Positions 55,631 to 64,000 of a stretch of DNA of 64,000 nt are shown here, in pieces (within the stretch, counting starts at the first letter, position 1; each line of letters starts with the position of its first letter). Both the position numbers and the translations under genes were made by a program. The stretch covers positions 45,198,001 to 45,262,000 of the forward strand of contig OX597823.1 of assembly GCA_951406725.2 (NCBI GenBank). Reading direction: 5' to 3'. The DNA is from Octopus vulgaris (Eukaryota). The notes beneath the pieces were generated by a model, which was not told the origin of the DNA, made no database searches, and saw nothing but the letters and a program-made list of their open reading frames with translations.

Positions 55631-56024
55631 AATTGTATAGGATGAATTATGCAAAACATTAGAAAAAGAAACCTAGCTGTTTCTTGCAACAAATACATCT
55701 AAAGCAAAACTTTTCATGGACCCTTAGAAATATATTCTCTGTCAACCCAATTTACTAAGTTGCTTGCATGAACTCCAGAAAACCTTATAGGTACCCTGAA
55801 GGATCATATGCACAGTCCTACTAATAAGGAATAGGGATCTGGAATAGGGATCCATCATTCCAAGATGTTTTTGTAGTATACTCATTCCATTTAATGAGTG
55901 TTACTATGTCCTTGCATGATTGCTGGATAATTGTTGACCCTATAATAGGTTCATGTGTCTTTTTGACAGGAAATGCTTGGCTGGGGGAACTGGTTTAGTC
56001 ACTGATGATACAACCATGCAAATA

Positions 56025-57305
56025 CAGGGTGCGCTGAATAAATTGTCAAGTACATTATGCAAAAATGAGAATAATCTCATTTTAACAGATATATTTACCA
56101 AAGTTACATAAAAATTTCTTGAAATACTAAAGAGTAAATTTTATTCAATAAAATCGCCATTGGCTTCAACCACGGCCTTCAGACGACTTCAGCATCTTCT
56201 GCAGTTCTAGTATAAGTTGGTGAATGCTGCCATAATCCTTGCCTTCAGTTCATCTTTGGTGTGACAAGAAATTTTGTTGGTCTCTCGCTCAAGTGTGGCC
56301 TACACATAATAATCAAGGAGGTTGCAGTCTGGGGTGTTAGGTGGCCAGATGTTAAGAGTGATATGGTTGCAGAAATTGTCTGACAGCCATGACTGGATTC
56401 TCCTGCTTGTGTGGCAGAGTGCAGAGTCCTGTTGACAGACATAGGTTCTTCCAGCAGCCACCCTCTTGACCCAGGACAGCACTACCTTCTTCAGGTACTT
56501 GGTGTAGGCCTCCGTGCTGAGTCTGAGGCCATGTAGGAAGATGAATGGAGCCATACCGTTGCCATCACAAGCAATCACTCCAAACATCATGATGTTGATT
56601 AGATATTTGATTTTTATCACTTTCAGTACATGTTCTGGGGATACAACAAGCCAATGGTTGTTCTGTGTGTTCATCATCTGAACCTGGCAGAAATTTTTCT
56701 CGTCTGAGAAAAACAAAAGCATATTCAGTCGGAGAATATGCTTGAGTTTGTTCAAAAGCTTCATACTCTGGTCTTTCCTCTTGTCTGTGATGGCTTGGTA
56801 CAAAAATTGTCCCTTTCTCGTCTCGTATGAGGAATACTGAATGTCTTCATGCACTACCTGCCTGATAAGAAACTCAAACACTCCTGTGTTCCTGGCAAGG
56901 GACCTGATTGACTTGGAGGGATCGTTGTCAATCATGGCCTGGATCCCACCAACAAATTCAGGAGATTTTTCTTATCAGAATGATCAGAGTGAGTTTTCCG
57001 ATTTGCCTTACCTTCATAATCATCAATAGACTCATCTGGCTCTTTCCAAATCCTCTGCACTGTCCTCAGATTGACAGCCAAACACTCTGAAATGTTTGTA
57101 CTGGAGCTTCTGGCACAAATGCCAAGCAGTACAACATGTTGTTTCCAAATTTCTGGCAGAGTAAAATGTGTCATGTTGCTGTTTTTCTCACAGATGGTGC
57201 CCAACTGACCCTACTATTCTGTATAGTCAGCAAAATCAAAAATAAACAATGTGCATGCATGAAATTAGAAATATAAAATGGTGATAGTTTATCCATCACA
57301 ACCAG
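56025..57305 (-). mobile_element. Full-length but decayed Tc1/mariner element, DD37D (maT/mori type)
   Basis: TA on both flanks. TIRs CAGGGTGCGCTGAATAAATTGTCA and CTGGTTGTGATGGATAAACTATCA match at 17/24. Frameshifted transposase (ORFs 56932-57204 and 56300-56935) with FFSDEKNF, QQDSA and WPPNTPDCNLLDY; 37 residues lie between the 2nd and 3rd D. Confidence 0.9.
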
Positions 57306-57337
57306 TAGTTGTACTTGCTGAAGAGGGTTGCTGGCAC

Positions 57338-57514
<177 letters not shown>

Positions 57515-58473
57515 TTGTTAAAACTTGTCCTATAAACACTAAATGAAGCAGTATTTGCTTTGCAATTATAAGACAAAATAGAAATTTTAATTGCTCCTCT
57601 AAACATAGAAATCAATCACTCAGAAAGATATTTTGAAACAATGGAAACAACTGCCAAAGTTACAAGAGTAATTGCTTGTACACCAAAGAACCTTCTTCAC
57701 AATAGAAAGTACATGTGTCTTTCTTATCAGATGAACTGCTTTTGATTCTCTGATTCCCATAACACCTTCAAATAAATGGGAAGTAGAAAGGTGTAGTCAG
57801 AAATAATCAGTGTAAGCACATTACACTGGAACAACAGAACAGAGAACAGTTATCTTTTATTGTCAAAGATATAATAGCAATTTTTATAATCTAAAAATAT
57901 ATCCAGTAAAAGCAGCAAGGAAAATTAGATAAAAATTATTTCCTACAAAGAATGATAAGCTCCTTTGCCCTCTTCCCCACATACCTTTAATAATAGGTTT
58001 GAAACACAGAAATTATAACATGTCAGTATAGTATATGATGTGTTTGTGAATTGTATGTGATATATACATACATATGTGTATTTGTATATGTGAGAGTGTG
58101 CATGTGTGCATATGATTATACACATACGCACTCAGATATGCAAACACACATATGTGCAGGTATGTATATATATATATGTGTGCATGTATATATATACATA
58201 CATATATGCACACACACACACACATACCCCCAAACATACCTTTTACTTGTTTCAATTATTAGACTGCGACCATTCTGGGGCACCACCTCAAAAAATTTTA
58301 GCTGAATGAATCAACCCCCAGTACTTATTTTTTAAAGCCTAGTACATATTTTGTCAGTCCCTTTTGCCGAGCCACTAAGTTATGAGAACATAAACACACC
58401 AACACCAGTTGTCAATCAGTGGTAAGGGATAAAAAAACATACGTGAAGACAAGCACATACACACACACACACA

Positions 58474-58741
58474 CTTTATTTGTGTATTTAGACTACCGTT
58501 GGTTTTATGTTTAGAAAATATCTTAATATCTTAATTTTTCAAGCCAGTCACATGGTGGAATGGTGTTCATCTCCATTTTGGACTAAAACACCAAAAATAC
58601 CATTCCTCCATGTGATCAGCTTGAAAAATTAAGACACTATGATATTATCTTAACATGAAACCAATGGTAGCTTTAATACACAAATAAAGAATATTTCTCC
58701 ACCAATACAGTGTTGAGCACTCATTCACATTGCTCGACATT

Positions 58742-58742
<1 letters not shown>
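58474..58742. repeat. Diverged palindromic mini-element related to 53962-54222
   Basis: ~94-bp inverted arms (58474-58567 and 58596-58689), homologous tail, lying between (CA)n and (TA)n. Confidence 0.7.
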
Positions 58743-58792
<50 letters not shown>

Positions 58793-60126
58793 GGAAACTT
58801 ATATTTATTCTTTTCTCCTTTAGGCACAAGGCCCGAAAGTTTTGGGGAAGGAGCCAGTCAATTAGATCAACCCCAGTACACAACTCGTACTTAATTTATT
58901 GATCCCGAAAGGATGAAAGGCAAAGTTGACCTTGGTGGAATTTGAACACTGAACATAAAGACAGATGAAATACCGCTATGCATTTTGCCTGGCATGCCAA
59001 TGTTTCTACTAGCTTGCCACCTTGGAAACTTATAGTTATTAGCAATATAATGTGTGAATGATAGCATCATAGTTACATGTTTTTTTATTAAGCCAATCAT
59101 TAGTTCACTACATTTCTGAAAGTGAGAGTAGGTACAAGAAAGTGCCTGTAACTCAGAGCAGAACAGACTGAAATTAATTCCATTTACGAAATATTCAAAC
59201 ACCAATTCTGCAGCGAGGAAATTTGGGATAAATGAAAAGATGGAGTAAAATTAGAAGTAACAGCGTTTCTTAAAATGCTGTCTAAGAATAAATGTGCTAC
59301 AAGAATTGGCAAAAGTCTGTCTTATAGTGTGCACTCCTCTTACCAAATGTCATACAAAATCAACTTGCATCTTATACATACAAATTCAGAGTTAGAGTTG
59401 CTGGTGTGAAAGGGTCTCCCGAAATTGAAGTGATTTTATAAGCTTGTATGCCTGATATGCTATCAAATGTGTGGTACTTAGAAAGTTCGATCAACTTAAA
59501 CTATAAAAATGTCTATATAGTTATCTAAAGTAGTGTTTGGTACTCAAATCAGATGAAAGTAGAAGTTTTAAAAGTGTATGGCCTTTTTGCTGAATGAAGA
59601 TGCATAATTTTGTGTTGCAACAGGAAACTAAAACATAGACTAAAAATGCTGTGCTATCATAAAAACCACAAATGACACTCATATCATAGTTATTTGGCTG
59701 CTGTCTGTCATTGCTGCTGTTCTGATTATAATTTATTGGGTATCAGCTGTTTGTAATAGCATATCGTGTAGTGTGTGCATTTATTTATTCTGAATTTTTA
59801 TAAAAATTTTATTACAATCAATGATAAATGAATTAAAGAAGTTTACCAAACATGAGTTTTACTAGGAAATATTTTTGGCAGTCTGGTTTAGTTACATTAT
59901 GTAAGCACACAGCAAGTGTTAGACTAGCTGTTCTACTTGTTTACCATTCTCTGGTAAAAGTTTCTAGCTTATAGTCAATACATCTATTGAACCATAGTTT
60001 TGGATACATTTTTTAAACTTAAAATTTCAGCTTATATGCCACAATTTACACTTCATTCTTTTATATTTTTCTATGATTGAAATTGCTACTGAACACTATA
60101 CATACATATATACACAATTTTTTTAT

Positions 60127-60176
60127 TGTGCCTGAAGAAATGGGAAGGATGCATTTCCATGAAATTTAAATATGGT
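60127..60176 (+). ncRNA. Hammerhead-like motif with intact core and weak stem I
   Basis: CTGAAGA-A-ATGGGAA GGATGCA TTTCCAT-GAAA-TTTAAA-TA. 7-bp stem II and palindromic ATTTAAAT stem III; stem I does not pair well. Confidence 0.4.
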
Positions 60177-60223
60177 TATACATCTTAAGTACTGTATAAA
60201 GGTCACACACATACATGCACACA

Positions 60224-61503
60224 GAGGGTATAAGAAGTAGTTGAAGATATACTTGGTAATTTAATAAAACAACTCTAATCTAGCAAAAAGCAAATGTATT
60301 TTAATAAAAATTTGTGCACATGTTCTTGATAAGCTTTCTTATAATGCTATTCTATGAATTCCTCTTTACTCCAACGACTGCTCCAGTATAGTCTTGGAGT
60401 CATTGACATATTTGCACTAAATGGTCCTTATTCATTTTGGACACCACATGGACATTTGTGGCCTTTAATGAAGCTATGGAGTGATAAGAATGTGAATTAG
60501 TCTTCCTTTCATCAATGCTTTAAATACAGTAATTCATAGGATTTAAATCTTATGAGTTTGGAGGCTACAAGTTTGGTGTTACATGATCATAATGATTGTC
60601 TGATGTCCGTTCTTGGGTTACACGGGTTTTAGAGGAAGGTGCTAAGCCTTGTTAAAAAACATATGGCCTTCAACTTAGTACGTCATCCATACAAGGCATA
60701 ACAACTGACTCCAGCACCTAAACATCTCTGCAGTATTAATTCTAAGACTCTGTGAAATGATGTGAGGCTGCATGACATGACCTTTCTTAATAACCATTCC
60801 TAAAACCATCACACTTATTCGAAATGTAGTGTACATCACTGTGGGGACATCAGAAGAATTTGTGTGTAACCATTTGTCATTTCTACTATTAGACTTCCGG
60901 CCTTGGTCAAAGTTTTCCTCATCAGAGAAGAACCAAAGTATATAATGTTCACTATGGTTTTTAATCTTGTGAAGTAACTGCTTGGCATAGATCAAACAGT
61001 TTCTAAGTATCTTTATAGACATGAACAAGCTTCTCTTCAGTATATATAACTTGTATCAAACGTCTTTGTGTACACAGATTTGACAGTCCTCTCAAACACC
61101 TGAAGCTCTTTGGCAATGGTCCTCATTGATTTTCTGGGATCATTATCGATAATACTTTGAACTCATTGGATGAATTATGGTGTCCTTATAGTGGCTAAAT
61201 GTTTAAAATACTTAAAAATACTTTTCAAACAGTTGAAACATTCCTGCCAGAGGCTTTCAGTTCCATCCAAACTTTGTGTAGAAAAAAATCTTGCAGCATT
61301 TAGAAAGTTTACGATTTCTAAATTGCTGTGTTCTGCATTTATTGCAGCAATGACTGCATGTCTTTTCCTTTCTTGTGTTAACATTTTTATCTGCCATGAA
61401 AGAGGGTTGCGGTTGGCAAAGGTGAAAGAAATTAAAAACCTAATTGGTTTGAAGGGTGTAACACATTGATAGTTGAGCATCTTCAAATACTTCTTGCACG
61501 CTG
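60224..61503 (-). mobile_element. Second decayed Tc1/mariner (maT-like) element with different TIRs
   Basis: TIRs agggtataagaagtagttgaagat and agcgtgcaagaagtatttgaagat. Transposase remnants MLTQERKRHAVI.. and WFFSDEENF. About 1.28 kb. Confidence 0.8.
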
Positions 61504-61637
61504 TAGATACAGCTGTCTAAGAATCAATGAGTCAAGAAAAAACAAACACACAAGCACTTGCATATTTCTCCATTTGGTATATTAATATATGTGTATATAT
61601 ATGTATATGCATATGTATAAATATGTATATATGTGTG

Positions 61638-61688
<51 letters not shown>

Positions 61689-62396
61689 TATATATATATA
61701 TTTATATATATATATTTATATAGTGAAGGTGCATGGCCTAATGGTAAGTTTGTTGCACTCATGATCCTGAAATTGTAGTTTCAATTCCTAGATCAGTGAT
61801 GCATTGCGTTCTTGAGCAAAGCACTTCACCTCACATTGCTCTGTGATCACTTCGATGCCTGATGCATGATACACTGTGCACCTGTTTGGACAACAATGAT
61901 TTGATATTGAGAGTGAACTTAATGTACAGCACATATATTTGATCACTATAAACAAATCATTTATGCACTATAAACAAATCATTTATGTTTATCACAACAT
62001 CCATGAATTGGATGTAACACTTCTTAACCTCCAGTGGCAAACAGCCATGTCCATACTCTTCCTACCAGCACTTCTGATGAGTGCCAAGGTGGTTGAAACT
62101 GACTGGCAAAGTTGGCTGTAATGAATCTATATTACTATTTCGTGCAAATACACCCACCTCCACACACACGTATACCTCTATATTTGAGTGAGAAGTGCTT
62201 TTCTTAAATAAGAAAGCTCCAATTCAAGACATCTCCCTGCCACTTTATCATGCCATGTATTGTGCAAGTTTCACCTCTTTGGCTCTGTACACAGTGCAGC
62301 ATATCCATTATCAAAGGACTTTGAAAGACTGGTATGAATAATGTTAGTTTTGTGCAACTACAGAAATATTAGAGAGTACTGGTTACGAAAAGCATA

Positions 62397-62785
62397 AGGC
62401 GCAGGAGTGGCTATGTGGTAAGTAGCTTGCTAACCAACCACATGGTTCTGGGTTCAGTCCCACTGCGTGGCATGTTGGGCAAGTGTCTTCTGCTATAGCC
62501 CCGGGCTGACCAATGCCTTGTGAGTGGGTTTGGTAGACAGAAACTGAAAGAAGCCTGTCGTATATATGTGTATGTGTGTGTGTTTGTGTGTCTGTGTTTG
62601 TCGCCCTAGCATTGCTGGTGTGTTTACGTCCCCATCACTTAGTGGTTCGGCAAAAAAGACCGATAAAATAAGTACTAGGCTTACAAAGAACAAGTCCCGG
62701 GGTCGATTTATTCGACTAAAGGCGGTGCTCCAGCATGGCCACAGTCAAATGACTGAAACAAGTAAAAGAGTAAAGAGTAAAAGAG
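62397..62785 (+). mobile_element. SINE family A
   Basis: Matches family A. Confidence 0.85.
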
Positions 62786-63649
62786 TATGAAATGCATAAA
62801 GAGCTTGTTATGTTGGAAAGTCCTAGTGCATATTGTGAGAGACTCTTGTGCTATATGAAAACTACTCAAGAGAGACTCTTGTACAATATGAATACAGTTA
62901 CAATGTCTCAGTAACAAAAGAAGACGAAGATAACTGACAGAAGTATCACCACAGGTTTTAAGTTTATATCAGGTTCCTGTTTGGTTCTATGAATAACAAA
63001 TGATCCAGTGCCACCTGTTACATAGTTTGTTCATTGGTAACTAAACCAGCACCTCACTAGGTTGCTAAAGACTAAGCAGAACAAAGACAAATCCTATAAA
63101 AGAGATTGATGAATCCCATGTAGAGTCAATGATTATCCAGCATTAGTGTGAGAGGAAACATAGAAATGTTTGAATTTGTGGCTGAGCATGCAGTAAAATT
63201 ACTAGGAGTAACAGACCTCTAGTTCTAGTCAAAACATTCATCTAGGAAAATGGAAAACTCCAAAATCAAACCTCATTATCTTGTGAGTCGACTTGTTTGG
63301 TTAAAACTAGAAGGAGGAATCCTAATGTACCTAATTACATGTGTACTACATATGTATTTGGCAATGAACACAGAAAGAAGACAGTACAGGAGGGAAAAGT
63401 TTTAACAAATGTAGTATTAGTTTAATGCTTAAAAAGAAGGATATCTTGATATTTTAGATACTGGTGCTTCATCAGAGAATATAAAGGAAAGAGAAAAGGT
63501 GATGGAAAAATATGAAGACTGGAAAAAGATGGTTACACCTACCTCCATATGTACGTGTGTGTGTGTGTGTGTGTGTAAAAATATATATATTGATAGAAAA
63601 ATAAATAGATTGATAGATTGGTTGATAGATAAACATAGATTGATGCATT

Positions 63650-63805
63650 CATACATACATACATACATACATACACATACATACATACATACATACATAC
63701 ATACATACATACATACATACATACATACATACATACATACATACATACATACATACATACATACATACATACATACATACATACATACATACATACATAC
63801 ATACA

Positions 63806-63841
<36 letters not shown>

Positions 63842-63850
63842 TATATATAC
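63650..63850. repeat. (ATAC)n microsatellite
   Basis: Read directly from the sequence. Confidence 0.97.
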
Positions 63851-64000
63851 ATGTATTTGGCTCAAAACGTAAAACCACCTTTCTTTCCTTCCCTGATCAT
63901 CTGCTAATACTTTACATGTACCACGTCCTCAGGTTGTTGTTTTTTGTGCTTGTTCTTTGTCTATTTGGATTGACTAAATATTTATATATATATATATATA

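Noticed and set aside
62067-62113. actt-CTGATGA-...-GAAA-ctgactg-gc-aaagt hammerhead-like string
   Set aside because: Stems II and III do not pair and there is no NUH triplet. At best an unprovable remnant.
62397-62470. tRNA-like heads of SINE families A, B and D as tRNA genes
   Set aside because: They have A/B-box-like motifs but no complete cloverleaf, and they run into SINE bodies.
63528-63552. Minus-strand TATGGAGGTAGGTGTAACC, resembling dynein YGGRVT of the expected upstream exon
   Set aside because: It needs a frameshift, has no continuing similarity or splice sites and abuts (CA)n. The upstream exon is probably outside the window.

Overview
AT-rich, microsatellite- and SINE-dense eukaryotic DNA. 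The repeat families resemble those of octopus (coleoid cephalopod) genomes; this is inference, not a database result. The only host gene I can support is the 3' end of an axonemal dynein heavy chain (DNAH5/DNAH8-like) on the minus strand: six exons (53324-53213, 31549-31393, 27618-27406, 24674-24546, 20161-20035, 14727-14444) that splice in frame through GT-AG introns to a TAG stop. The rest is intron or intergenic DNA. It holds four SINE-like families, decayed RTE and R4/Dong-like LINE pieces, two ~1.28-kb maT-type Tc1/mariner elements (one with a countable DD37D triad), several MITEs and a 5'-truncated tRNA-Leu(TAA). The most interesting unexplained signal is a set of small elements in (TA)n/(CA)n tracts that carry minimal type I hammerhead-ribozyme motifs of the Penelope-like kind. 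Several are long palindromes; the best (53962-54150) has a hammerhead motif on each strand. Most ORFs in the supplied track are microsatellite artefacts. Repeat boundaries are approximate unless a TSD or TIR is given.
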